Shown one piece after another: positions 32,830-41,943 of a DNA stretch of 64,000 bases. The position numbers and the translations under genes are program-made. Location: the NCBI GenBank assembly GCA_964427405.1, contig CAYRUB010000001.1, positions 80,752 through 144,751 of the forward strand, in the 5' to 3' direction. Origin of the DNA: an uncultured Planctomycetales bacterium. Its GTDB lineage: Bacteria; Omnitrophota; Gorgyraeia; Gygaellales; Profunditerraquicolaceae. Numbering within the stretch: the stretch's first letter is position 1; each line of letters opens with the position of its first letter. Below the pieces are notes generated by a model. It was not told the DNA's origin. It saw only the letters and a list, made by a program, of their open reading frames with translations, and made no database searches.

Positions 32830-33993
32830 TTATCGAAATGATTTCTTAAACTTATCCGTAAAACTATCCTTAGTCCCCAGATCCTCACCGCTAAGACGGG
32901 CAAACTCTTCCATTAATTGTCTTTGTTGATTCGATAACCTCGCCGGAATCTCAATATTCACCTTCACCAGCTCATCTCCTATATCCCGGGAATGCAAATC
33001 CGATATTCCTTTGCCCTTAAGACGAAAAGTCTTACCGCACTGAGTACCCGGAGGTATCTTCATAGTCAACCTTCCCTCTAGGGCAGGTACTTCTACCTCT
33101 CCGCCTAAAACAGCTTTGGCTAAACTAATATTAACTGAAGTAGCAATATCATTGTTATGTCTTTCAAAGATATCATGCGGCCTTACTTCAATAACAACAT
33201 AAAGATCCCCATGGCTGTTTATACCGGCCTCCCCTTCCTGGCGCACGCGTAATTGAGAACCGGTATCTACGCCCGCAGGGATCTTAACTTTTATTTTCTT
33301 GGTGACCTTAACTCTTCCCTCTCCACGGCAATCCGGGCAAGGAGACTGAATAACTGACCCTTCTCCTCTGCAACGGGAGCAAGTCTGCGCTAACTGAAAA
33401 AATCCATTAGAAACAACCGTCCTGCCTGAACCCTTACATTGAGGACAGGTATTTCTCTTTGTCCCAGTTTTTGCTCCGCTACCTCCGCAACTAGCACAAG
33501 TTTCGTAACGCGGCACAGTAATTATTTTCTCAAGCCCTTGCGCTGCCTCTTCCAAAGAAATATCAATAGCTATCTGCAAATCCCTGCCGCGACGCCTGGC
33601 AGACTGAGCCCTTGTTTGCCGCGTGCCCGAAATATCAAAACCAAGATCTCCGAATATTTCTTCAAATATGCTCCCGCCTGAATCAGAACCACCTCCCATT
33701 TCCCTAAAGATACTGCTAAAATCAGCGCCTTTAAAGATATCTTCCTGGGCGTATTTCTGGTCGATCCCGGAGTGGCCATATTTATCGTAAAGATCGCGCT
33801 TAGCAGAATCCGAGAGCACGGCATATGCCTCAGAAACTTCCTTAAATTTCTCCTCGGCTTCTTTTTTTTGCTCAGCAGGAACACGATCCGGGTGAAACTT
33901 AAGCGCCATCTCCCGATAAGACTTTCTTACATCTTCCGGGGAAGCGCTTTTGGCTACCCCCAATATCTCATAATAATCACGCTTGGTAGACAT
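32830..33993 (-). CDS. dnaJ: Chaperone DnaJ
   Basis: J-domain HPD and four CxxCxGxG repeats. Confidence 0.97.
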   Translation of the reverse strand: MSTKRDYYEILGVAKSASPEDVRKSYREMALKFHPDRVPAEQKKEAEEKFKEVSEAYAVLSDSAKRDLYDKYGHSGIDQKYAQEDIFKGADFSSIFREMGGGSDSGGSIFEEIFGDLGFDISGTRQTRAQSARRRGRDLQIAIDISLEEAAQGLEKIITVPRYETCASCGGSGAKTGTKRNTCPQCKGSGRTVVSNGFFQLAQTCSRCRGEGSVIQSPCPDCRGEGRVKVTKKIKVKIPAGVDTGSQLRVRQEGEAGINSHGDLYVVIEVRPHDIFERHNNDIATSVNISLAKAVLGGEVEVPALEGRLTMKIPPGTQCGKTFRLKGKGISDLHSRDIGDELVKVNIEIPARLSNQQRQLMEEFARLSGEDLGTKDSFTDKFKKSFR

Positions 33994-34010
33994 ATTTATT
34001 TTAAAAATCC

Positions 34011-34063
34011 GGGGACGCTTCTATTTTTATTCAGATAGAAACTTAAAAAATAGAAACGTCCCC
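34011..34063. repeat. Long inverted repeat between dnaK and dnaJ (REP-like or mRNA stem-loop)
   Basis: GGGGACGcTTCTATTTTT ... AAAAATAGAAaCGTCCCC; 18-bp arms with one mismatch. Confidence 0.7.
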
Positions 34064-34076
34064 TAATTCCCCAATT

Positions 34077-36008
34077 TTACTTCTTATCGTCCTCTTCTTT
34101 GTATTCGGCGTCAATAATATCTTCGCTGGCTGGCTGAGCAGGACCTTCCTGCTGCTGGCCTTGAGTTTTTTCCTCTGTACCTGCATCAGAAGATTGTTTA
34201 GCGCCTGCCTGCTGTTTAGCAGCAGCCTGCTTATAAATCTCCTCAGCAAGCTTGTGTGAAACCTTGGTTAGCTCATCCATGCCTTTCTTAACCCGCTCAA
34301 TATTTTTATCCTTTATCGCAGACCTTAAATCATTAGTCTTAGCCTCGATATCCGCGCGTTCAGACTGGCTGACCTTATCTCCATAATCCTTTAGTGATTT
34401 CTCCGTAGCATATATAAGGTTATCCGCCTGGTTTATCGCCTCTACCTCTTCTTTCTTTTTAGAATCATCAGCCGCGTACTTCTCGGCATCGCGCACCATT
34501 TTATCAATTTCTTCTTTAGAAAGCTTCTTAGGCGCTGTAATTTTTATCGACTGCTCTTTCCCCGTACCCAGGTCTTTAGCAGAAACATGCACAATACCGT
34601 TAGCGTCAATGTCAAAAGCTACCTCTATTTGCGGCACGCCGCGCGGAGCAGAGGGAATTCCAACCAAATCAAATCTACCTAACTCAACATTTCCTTCCGC
34701 ATCAGCGATTGCGCGCTCTCCCTGGATAACCCGTATCGTTACCGCTGTCTGATTATCCGCGGCAGTAGAGAAAACCTGCGACTTACGCGTAGGAATTGTG
34801 GTATTTCTCTCGATCAATTTGGTATTTACTCCACCTAAGGTCTCAATACCTAAAGATAGCGGAGTAACATCAAGCAACAAAACATCCTTAACGTCGCCTT
34901 TAATGATTGCTGCCTGCACTGCTGCGCCTAAAGCCACGCATTCCATCGGATCAACCCCACGCTCGATTTTCTTACCCGTATAATCCTCTACAAACTTCTG
35001 CACAATAGGCATACGCGTAGGCCCGCCAACCATGATAATCTTATCCACACCCTTATCGCTAAAATTAATCCCTTCCTTTTCAAATGCCTCTTTTGCATCC
35101 TTTAAAGCATGCTCCAAAGGCCCCCGGCAACGCTCTATAATCGGGCCAACCAACTCTTCAAGTTTAGCCCGGTTAATGGACATGGTTAAATGCTTAGGCC
35201 CGGTAGAATCCGCAGTAATAAAAGGAAGATTAATATCTGTAGTAAGGGTACTGGAAAGCTCAACCTTGGCTTTTTCCGCGGCTTCACGCAGCCTCTGTAT
35301 GGCCATCTTGTCATCCTTCAAATCAATTCCAGTATCACGCTTAAACTCTTTGGCAATATAATCAATCAAGGTATTGTCCATATCCGTGCCGCCTAATTGA
35401 GTATCGCCGCTAGTTGCCATAACTTTAAAACCACCCTCTTTCCACATCTCCATAATCGTAACATCGAGGGTCCCGCCGCCTAAATCAAAAACCAGGATCT
35501 TTAACTCCTTACCGGCCTTTTCTAAACCATAAGCAAGGCAAGCAGCAGTAGGCTCATTAATAATTCTTAATACCTTTAATCCCGCAATCTCTCCCGCATC
35601 CTTAGTAGCTGTCCTCTGATTATCATCAAAATAAGCGGGGCAGGTAATTACTACCTCTTCTACTTTATCCCCAAGATACGCTTCCGCATCCTGCTTAACT
35701 TTCTGCAGGATAAAAGAAGAGATCTGCTGCGGAGTATACTCCTTGCCATAAGCTTTAAACTTATAGTCTGTACCCATTTTACGTTTGGCGGCCTGAATCG
35801 TTCCTTCCGCGTTTATAGCTGCCTGGCGCCTTGCCGGCTCACCCACCAGCCTCTGGCCATCCTTAGTAAAAGCGACAAAGGAAGGAAACGCCTTTCCTGA
35901 AGCAACACCTGCGCCTTCAGCCGAAGGAATAATCACCGGCCTGCCGCCTTCCATAACCGCAGCCGCTGAATTAGATGTCCCCAAATCAATACCAATTACT
36001 TTTGCCAT
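34077..36008 (-). CDS. dnaK: Chaperone DnaK; likely start at 36008
   Basis: [30 protein letters not shown]; GGAGG RBS before MAKV. Confidence 0.97.
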   Translation of the reverse strand: MAKVIGIDLGTSNSAAAVMEGGRPVIIPSAEGAGVASGKAFPSFVAFTKDGQRLVGEPARRQAAINAEGTIQAAKRKMGTDYKFKAYGKEYTPQQISSFILQKVKQDAEAYLGDKVEEVVITCPAYFDDNQRTATKDAGEIAGLKVLRIINEPTAACLAYGLEKAGKELKILVFDLGGGTLDVTIMEMWKEGGFKVMATSGDTQLGGTDMDNTLIDYIAKEFKRDTGIDLKDDKMAIQRLREAAEKAKVELSSTLTTDINLPFITADSTGPKHLTMSINRAKLEELVGPIIERCRGPLEHALKDAKEAFEKEGINFSDKGVDKIIMVGGPTRMPIVQKFVEDYTGKKIERGVDPMECVALGAAVQAAIIKGDVKDVLLLDVTPLSLGIETLGGVNTKLIERNTTIPTRKSQVFSTAADNQTAVTIRVIQGERAIADAEGNVELGRFDLVGIPSAPRGVPQIEVAFDIDANGIVHVSAKDLGTGKEQSIKITAPKKLSKEEIDKMVRDAEKYAADDSKKKEEVEAINQADNLIYATEKSLKDYGDKVSQSERADIEAKTNDLRSAIKDKNIERVKKGMDELTKVSHKLAEEIYKQAAAKQQAGAKQSSDAGTEEKTQGQQQEGPAQPASEDIIDAEYKEEDDKK

Positions 36009-36042
36009 AGTTAACCTCCTATTTTTTAGAAACTTGCCTACG

Positions 36043-36132
36043 TAGGCAACACCCGCGCAATTGGCCGTGAGGCCACACCAACGCAATTCATATTGGCGTT
36101 GGGTGACACAATCAACACGGGGTGCCCTGCCT
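36043..36132. repeat. REP-like repeat, longer multi-hairpin copy 2
   Basis: Begins ACACCCGCGCAA (identical to 4041-4052) and ends CGGGGTG; internal hairpins GGCC-gtga-GGCC and CCAACGC..GCGTTGG. Confidence 0.6.
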
Positions 36133-36664
36133 ATTTTTTAGAAACCTTCACTTTAGCGGTCCTGATTACCCGCTCATACATTAAGTATCCTTTTTGTAAA
36201 ACTTCAACGATCGTATTCTCCGGTAAATCTTTATTTTCTACCTGCATAAGGGCTTCGTGGTAATTCGGGTCAAAAACCTTGCCCTCAGCCTCAACAGGTT
36301 TTACTCCATGCGTTTTAAGTAATTCATAAAGGTGCGCCAGGATCATCTCCACGCCCTTTAAAAAAGCATTAAGATCTTCATGCTTATCTTCAGCCAAATT
36401 TATCACGCGCTCCAAATCATCCAGAACATTAAGTAACTCTAAAACTATCCCTTCATTGGCATATTTAATAAAATCCTGTTTTTCACGTTCGAGGCGTTTA
36501 CGCATATTCTCAAAATCTGCCTGGGAACGTAAAAGTTTATCCTGGAAATCTTTAGACTTTTGCGCCGCATCCTTAAGTTCGCTGTATTCAGATTCCTTAA
36601 GCGTAACCGTATCTAGCCCCTTATCCTCTTTATTATCCTTATTATTATCTTTTATATCATTCAT
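36131..36664 (-). CDS. grpE: Nucleotide exchange factor GrpE
   Basis: [29 protein letters not shown]. Confidence 0.95.
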   Translation of the reverse strand: MNDIKDNNKDNKEDKGLDTVTLKESEYSELKDAAQKSKDFQDKLLRSQADFENMRKRLEREKQDFIKYANEGIVLELLNVLDDLERVINLAEDKHEDLNAFLKGVEMILAHLYELLKTHGVKPVEAEGKVFDPNYHEALMQVENKDLPENTIVEVLQKGYLMYERVIRTAKVKVSKK

Positions 36665-36666
36665 CT

Positions 36667-37401
36667 TTAAATTGTGCTGAGCACATCCGCTAAAACATCA
36701 GAAATATACTCTAAAGCAGGAATAATATGATCATACTCCATGCGCACCGGCCCTAATACCGCAATCCGTCCGGAAGACTGATCCTTTAATTTATATCTAG
36801 TGACTATTAAAGAACAGCTCTCCATCTCAGGAAACCCCAATTCACTTCCAATATAAATCTTTACCTTGCCGGGAAAGTCGCGGTTAACAATACCCAACAA
36901 CCGCCCCTTATCCTCCATCAGCCTAACCAGCAACCGTATTTTATCAGCATCCTTGAATTCCGGCTGATCTAATATACGGCTAATCCCCTTATAGAATATT
37001 TTATCCTGCCACTCAAGAAACGAAACAATACCCGCGTAATGCGTAATCTCGGAAATCACTTCAGAGGTGTTTTCCAGGGCATCGTCCAGGCGGCGGATCT
37101 TTCTTTTACAATCCTTTAAAATACGCTTTTTTTCTTCATCAAGCAGCTCAATCTGCTGAACAAGAAAATCCACATAATAGCGATAGCCTTTATCAGTAGG
37201 AATCCTGCCCCCTGAAGTATAAGGATGCTTCAAATACCCTGACTCATCAAGCTCGGAAAATATGTTCCTTATGGTAGCCGAACTTAAATCAAACTCATCC
37301 GCGATATCTTCGGAGGCTACGGGAACCGCATTCTTGATATAACGGTTGATAGCCGAGTTTAAAATTGATTTTCTGCGAGTGTTATAATCAACGCTGCGCA
37401 C
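36667..37401 (-). CDS. hrcA: Heat-inducible repressor HrcA (short form)
   Basis: SSATIRN, HPYTSGGRIPTDKGYRYYVD, LGPVRMEY. Confidence 0.93.
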   Translation of the reverse strand: MRSVDYNTRRKSILNSAINRYIKNAVPVASEDIADEFDLSSATIRNIFSELDESGYLKHPYTSGGRIPTDKGYRYYVDFLVQQIELLDEEKKRILKDCKRKIRRLDDALENTSEVISEITHYAGIVSFLEWQDKIFYKGISRILDQPEFKDADKIRLLVRLMEDKGRLLGIVNRDFPGKVKIYIGSELGFPEMESCSLIVTRYKLKDQSSGRIAVLGPVRMEYDHIIPALEYISDVLADVLSTI

Positions 37402-37449
37402 GCTTATTACCTCCTCTTACAGCTTTGGGGCTATCAATACTAAGCCGTA

Positions 37450-37477
37450 ATTTTAACACAATTTGCCGCTTTGTCAA
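37450..37477 (-). promoter_or_regulatory. Sigma70 promoter of the hrcA-grpE-dnaK-dnaJ operon
   Basis: TTGACA-16 nt-TAAAAT with an extended -10 TG. Confidence 0.6.
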
Positions 37478-37482
37478 TAAAA

Positions 37483-37509
37483 TTAGCACTTAAATCCAGA
37501 GAGTGCTAA
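37483..37509. promoter_or_regulatory. CIRCE element (HrcA operator)
   Basis: TTAGCACTt-N9-GAGTGCTAA, one mismatch to consensus. Confidence 0.93.
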
Positions 37510-37527
37510 TATTTAACTAAAAAAATT

Positions 37528-37785
37528 TCATCCCCCCTTTTCTAAAATAATTTTTACCCCATGGATATTCACGCGTTTTTTCTCCATCAGGTAATGCACA
37601 TACTCCAGCCTTTTTAAGTCCCGCAAAGAATATAACCGGTTTTTCTTACCTATCCGCTTAGGACGCACCACTCCGGCTTTATCCAGCTGGCGCAATGTCC
37701 AGATAGGAATATCCACCAGCTTGCAAACCACACCGATCACATAAACCGGCTCCTCAGGGCCAATCTTAAGACTGAATACTGTCAT
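37528..37785 (-). CDS. MerR-family HTH regulator, HspR-like
   Basis: PVYVIGVV..TLR....G..P.R....RLYS..DL......L....VNIHGVKIIL; next to the dnaK operon. Confidence 0.8.
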   Translation of the reverse strand: MTVFSLKIGPEEPVYVIGVVCKLVDIPIWTLRQLDKAGVVRPKRIGKKNRLYSLRDLKRLEYVHYLMEKKRVNIHGVKIILEKGG

Positions 37786-37807
37786 CGCCTAAACCTCCCA
37801 CGCAATA

Positions 37808-37836
37808 AGAATAACACAATCCGGATTATCTGTCAA
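37808..37836 (-). promoter_or_regulatory. Promoter with a dyad in the spacer upstream of the HspR-like gene
   Basis: TTGACA-17 nt-TATTCT; perfect palindrome AATCCGGATT at 37818-37827. Confidence 0.55.
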
Positions 37837-37863
37837 GTAGAATAATTATTTTTGTTAGATAAC

Positions 37864-39123
37864 CTAACAGATAACTTCTATATCCTTATCCTTGTTTATT
37901 TTACTAAAGAGCTCTTTGGATATCTTTAAACTTATATTGATCCCCTTATCTAAATAATCAATTTTTTCTACCTTCGCCTTACGATAAAAGAAATCAACCA
38001 GCTCCATGCGGCTGTGCGGTATAACTATTTTCAAACTTAACATAAGACCGGAGAAATAACCCTGTATACCTTTAATTAAAGCTTCCATGTTTTCGCCTGT
38101 CTTAGCTGATAAAATAACAGCGTCAGTAAATTCCTCCTTGAGGATTTTCAACCAACTGCGGTCAAGAACCAAATCTATCTTGTTTAATGCCACCAGGACC
38201 GGTTTGTCTTTTAAGCCTAGTTCATCCAAAACACTCCGCACGGCCTGGTTATGCTGATGTATACGCTGATCAGCCACATCTAAAACATGGATCAGTAAAT
38301 CAGCGTCACTAACCTCCTCAAGCGTAGCTTTGAACGCTTCAATTAGATGGTGGGGAAGATCATGCAGAAAACCGACGGTATCGGAAACAATGATATCTTG
38401 CCCATTGGGCAACTGCAAACTCTTGGAAAGCGGGTCCAGTGTAGTAAATAATTTACCAGAAGTAACCTGAGTAGCATCAGTCAGGCGATTAAGTAACGTA
38501 GATTTGCCGGCGCTGGTGTAACCCACTAAAGCTACTGAAGGCAAATTATTCCCTTTTCTTTTTTTATGCGTAGTAAGGCGATGCGACCTGAATGTCTCTA
38601 AATCGTTTTTTAGTTTATCAATTCTTTTCCTGACCTGGCGCCGGTCAATCTCAAGCTTAGTCTCCCCCGGACCGCGGGTACCAACTCCGCCCCCTAAACG
38701 CGAAAGCATTATCCCCTTACCTACTAAACGAGGAAGTAAATATTGCAGCAAAGCCAACTCTACCTGCATCTTGCCTTCAGGGCTTTTGGCGCGGCGGCTG
38801 AAAATATCAAGGATCAGCTGCGTGCGGTCAATCGTTTTTCGACCAAGGGCATATTCAAGATTGCGCTGTTGAGTTCCGGACAGATCGTGACTAAAAATTA
38901 CCGTATCCACCGCCTCCTCGCTGGCGATGACACTAATCTCCTCAACTTTGCCTTTACCAATAAGATAATTTGCCGTAGCCCTATCGCAAATACAAACTAT
39001 ATTCTCAACCACCTCAACACCGGCTGAAACAGCCAGCTCCTCCAATTCCGAAGAGGTGTCTTCGATACGCCAGTGATGCTTATCCGTTTTTATTTGAATG
39101 CTGACTAAGAGAGCTTTTTCCAT
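37864..39123 (-). CDS. hflX: GTPase HflX
   Basis: DRTQLILDIF, GPGETKLE, GYTSAGKST, DTVGF, NKID. Confidence 0.96.
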   Translation of the reverse strand: MEKALLVSIQIKTDKHHWRIEDTSSELEELAVSAGVEVVENIVCICDRATANYLIGKGKVEEISVIASEEAVDTVIFSHDLSGTQQRNLEYALGRKTIDRTQLILDIFSRRAKSPEGKMQVELALLQYLLPRLVGKGIMLSRLGGGVGTRGPGETKLEIDRRQVRKRIDKLKNDLETFRSHRLTTHKKRKGNNLPSVALVGYTSAGKSTLLNRLTDATQVTSGKLFTTLDPLSKSLQLPNGQDIIVSDTVGFLHDLPHHLIEAFKATLEEVSDADLLIHVLDVADQRIHQHNQAVRSVLDELGLKDKPVLVALNKIDLVLDRSWLKILKEEFTDAVILSAKTGENMEALIKGIQGYFSGLMLSLKIVIPHSRMELVDFFYRKAKVEKIDYLDKGINISLKISKELFSKINKDKDIEVIC

Positions 39124-40025
39124 ATGCGTTTGGCAACCTCCCCGGGCGTTTCATTATCTTTAATATTAACCCACTGTATACGCTTGTCCTTCCTAAACCA
39201 AGTGAGTTGACGCTTGGCATAGTGCCTGCTATTAAGCTGGATAAAACGTTTGGCTTCATCCAAAGAATGCTTCCCATTAAAATAACCTTCCAATTCATGA
39301 ATTCCGATAGCGCAGTTGGCAGTCTTGCTTAATTTATGCTTGAGCAATTGCCTGGCTTCATTAATTAAACCGGAGCTAAACATTTTACTAACCCTTTGAT
39401 CGATTTTATCATAAAGGGATTGCCTGTCCGTGTTTAAAGCAAATATTTTAATTTCATACTCCCTACCCAAACCAACTCTATTCTTCTGCAAGACAGATAT
39501 AGGCTGTCCGGTCTTTGTGTAAACTTCCAAAGCGCGAATAATCCTCCTGGTATCATTGGGATGGATCTTTTTAGAAGACAGCGGGTCAACCTTGGTCAAT
39601 TTTTTATGCAGATATTTATTTCCTTTAAGCAATAACTGCTTATATAACCTGGCGCGGATTAGCCTATCTTCCGGGACAGCCGGAAAAAGCCCGTCAATTA
39701 TAATAGAATAATAAAGTCCGGCACCTCCCACAAACAGCGGAACTTTGTCTTTTAAAAATAATTTGCTGCAAATTGACATAGCATCTTTTCTATATCTGGC
39801 TACATTATATTCCTTAAACGGGCTTACTACACCAAGTAAATGATGTTTTACTTTCTCTCTTTGCGTACGGGTTGGTTGGGAAGTAACAATATCCATTGAA
39901 CGATATACCTGCATGGAATCACAGGAGATAATTTCGGCATTGATCTTCTTAGCCAAATGAATTGCAATTAGAGACTTGCCTATAGCGGTAGGGCCAATAA
40001 GGAAAAAAATCTTTTTCTTGAGCAT
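39105..40025 (-). CDS. miaA: tRNA dimethylallyltransferase
   Basis: GPTAIGKS, DSMQVY, RIIRALEV, YAKRQLTWF. Confidence 0.96.
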   Translation of the reverse strand: MLKKKIFFLIGPTAIGKSLIAIHLAKKINAEIISCDSMQVYRSMDIVTSQPTRTQREKVKHHLLGVVSPFKEYNVARYRKDAMSICSKLFLKDKVPLFVGGAGLYYSIIIDGLFPAVPEDRLIRARLYKQLLLKGNKYLHKKLTKVDPLSSKKIHPNDTRRIIRALEVYTKTGQPISVLQKNRVGLGREYEIKIFALNTDRQSLYDKIDQRVSKMFSSGLINEARQLLKHKLSKTANCAIGIHELEGYFNGKHSLDEAKRFIQLNSRHYAKRQLTWFRKDKRIQWVNIKDNETPGEVAKRIWKKLS

Positions 40026-40031
40026 AAAATA

Positions 40032-40796
40032 CTAAAGACAGAGCTTGGTTGAAAACCCTTCCCGGGAAAGCTTATTCTCTGCATCCAGCGCCTCCGCTTG
40101 TGTTTTAAACCTGCCCACCTTAACCCGGTAGCCTTCGCTGGAGCCCTCCACGTAAGCAGGATATCCCATAACCAGAAGTTTATCCTTAAAATTAACCGCA
40201 TTTAAATTCTTTACAAAAAAACCTACCTGTACCGAAAATTCACCAATTTCATTTAAAAGCGGTTCGCTGCGCGGTATGCCCTTGGCAGATCTTAATTCAA
40301 GGCTTAAAGGAAAATCTCTTTTTAACTTTAATAAATATCCATCGAACTGCTGCTTGTCGCCTTTTCTATAACCTGACTGGCTTAAACGATACAATATTCC
40401 AGCTCGTAAGATGGTATTAGGATTGTCTTCAAGCAGTTTATTATAAATATCTTCTGCATCCTGAAATTGCCCTTTAATTAAATAAACATCCGCTGAAGCC
40501 ACGGCAGCTTGCTCCTTAAATTTACTGATAGGATTGCTTAAGATACGGTGGAAACAATCTTGTGCCTGCTCTAGCTTGTCCTCTTTTAAATAACTCAAGC
40601 CTAATAAATAGTTTAACTCATCCGCGCCCTGGATACTGAAACGACCGGCCTGAGCCTGCCCTTCAAGTATTACCCTGCGGTAATTTCCTTGTAAAAAATC
40701 AGCTTTTAAAGTATCCAGGTTAGCCGACCAACTGATAGCCGGAAAAAGAAAAATAGCCAAGATTATAAAATTGAGTTTAAGCTTTTGCATATCCAT
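40032..40796 (-). CDS. Exported TPR + SPOR domain protein; likely start about 40796
   Basis: Signal peptide, TPR-like helices, C-terminal SVQVG...YRVKVG SPOR domain. Confidence 0.82.
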   Translation of the reverse strand: MDMQKLKLNFIILAIFLFPAISWSANLDTLKADFLQGNYRRVILEGQAQAGRFSIQGADELNYLLGLSYLKEDKLEQAQDCFHRILSNPISKFKEQAAVASADVYLIKGQFQDAEDIYNKLLEDNPNTILRAGILYRLSQSGYRKGDKQQFDGYLLKLKRDFPLSLELRSAKGIPRSEPLLNEIGEFSVQVGFFVKNLNAVNFKDKLLVMGYPAYVEGSSEGYRVKVGRFKTQAEALDAENKLSREGFSTKLCL

Positions 40797-41943
40797 GTTT
40801 AATCCCCAACCTATTAGAAATTCCTCTCTGCAAATCAAGAATTTTCTTATGCCGCTCCTCTTTTTCTTCCTTAGTCAGCGTTTCAGCTAACTTTGCTGCT
40901 TCCGTGTTCGGCCTGGGAGAATACTTAAAAATATAGGCAGCATTAAACCTTACTTCTTTAACCAAATCAAAAGTATCCTTAAACTCTTTATCAGTCTCAG
41001 TGGGGAATCCCACAATAATATCCGTAGTTAAAATTCCTTCTTTAACAATTTTACGATAAGAATCAATTAAAGCCAAGTATTCTTTTACCGAATACCCCCG
41101 CTTCATAAGTTTAAGTATCCTGTCTACGCCTGATTGCATGGGCAGATGCAGCGACTTAGCCAACTTGCCCAAATCACGTATGGCCTGAAAAAATTCAATA
41201 TTGGCATCCTTAGGATGAGAGGTAAAAAAATCAAACTCTTTTAAACCTTCTAAGGCATTAACCCGTGCCAACAGTTTTGTGAAATTAACCCCATCATCAT
41301 GATAGGCGTTAACATTCTGTCCCAAGAGAGTGATTTTAGTAACCCCATGAGAAATAGCCTCTTGAATTTCCATAAGTATGTTTTTATTCTTACGGTGGCG
41401 CAAAGGGCCGCGTACATACGGCACTACACAATAAGAACAAAAATTAGAACACCCCTCGGATATAACCACGTACGCATGATCTTGGTTTTGTAAGAAACCG
41501 GTATGGTAAATCTCTTCCGGCCGATTAAGGCTATCCACCTCCCAAATCTTACGCTCAAAAAACTCCCGAGAAGTAAACTTACTTAATATTTCAGGAATTT
41601 TATAGATATCCTGCGGCCCAACAACAAAACTGACATTTGCATCGCGCTCGAATGCGCGTTCTTTATAATTCTGGGCCATACAACCTACTAAGCCGATTAT
41701 CTTAGAACCTTTATAACTTCCAATCAAACTCCACACCCTGTCCTCAGCATGCTGACGCACAGAACAGGTATTAAATATAACAACATCCGCATCACGGTCA
41801 GAAGTACAAATTTTATAACCGGCGTTCTTCAATAATCCGCAGATTACCTCGGAATCCCGCACATTCATCTGACAACCAAAAGTTCTGATATACAGGACTG
41901 GCTTCTTTTTCTCGGAACCACTTGAATTTCCTCGAGATGACAT
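40777..41943 (-). CDS. miaB: tRNA methylthiotransferase MiaB; no obvious C-terminal TRAM domain; N-terminus probably supplied by the element
   Basis: TFGCQMN, NTCSVR, GCMAQ, CSNFCSYC, DIIVGFP, YSPRPNT. Confidence 0.9.
   Translation of the reverse strand: MSSRGNSSGSEKKKPVLYIRTFGCQMNVRDSEVICGLLKNAGYKICTSDRDADVVIFNTCSVRQHAEDRVWSLIGSYKGSKIIGLVGCMAQNYKERAFERDANVSFVVGPQDIYKIPEILSKFTSREFFERKIWEVDSLNRPEEIYHTGFLQNQDHAYVVISEGCSNFCSYCVVPYVRGPLRHRKNKNILMEIQEAISHGVTKITLLGQNVNAYHDDGVNFTKLLARVNALEGLKEFDFFTSHPKDANIEFFQAIRDLGKLAKSLHLPMQSGVDRILKLMKRGYSVKEYLALIDSYRKIVKEGILTTDIIVGFPTETDKEFKDTFDLVKEVRFNAAYIFKYSPRPNTEAAKLAETLTKEEKEERHKKILDLQRGISNRLGIKHGYAKA

Noticed and set aside
36009-36086. N-terminal extension of DnaK (and likewise of AroF at 4014-4052)
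   Set aside because: These come from repeat sequence; good RBSs mark the downstream starts
37853-37869. TGTTAG-N5-CTAACA resembling the DtxR boxes
   Set aside because: The spacer is 5 rather than 6 and it overlaps the hflX stop; probably chance
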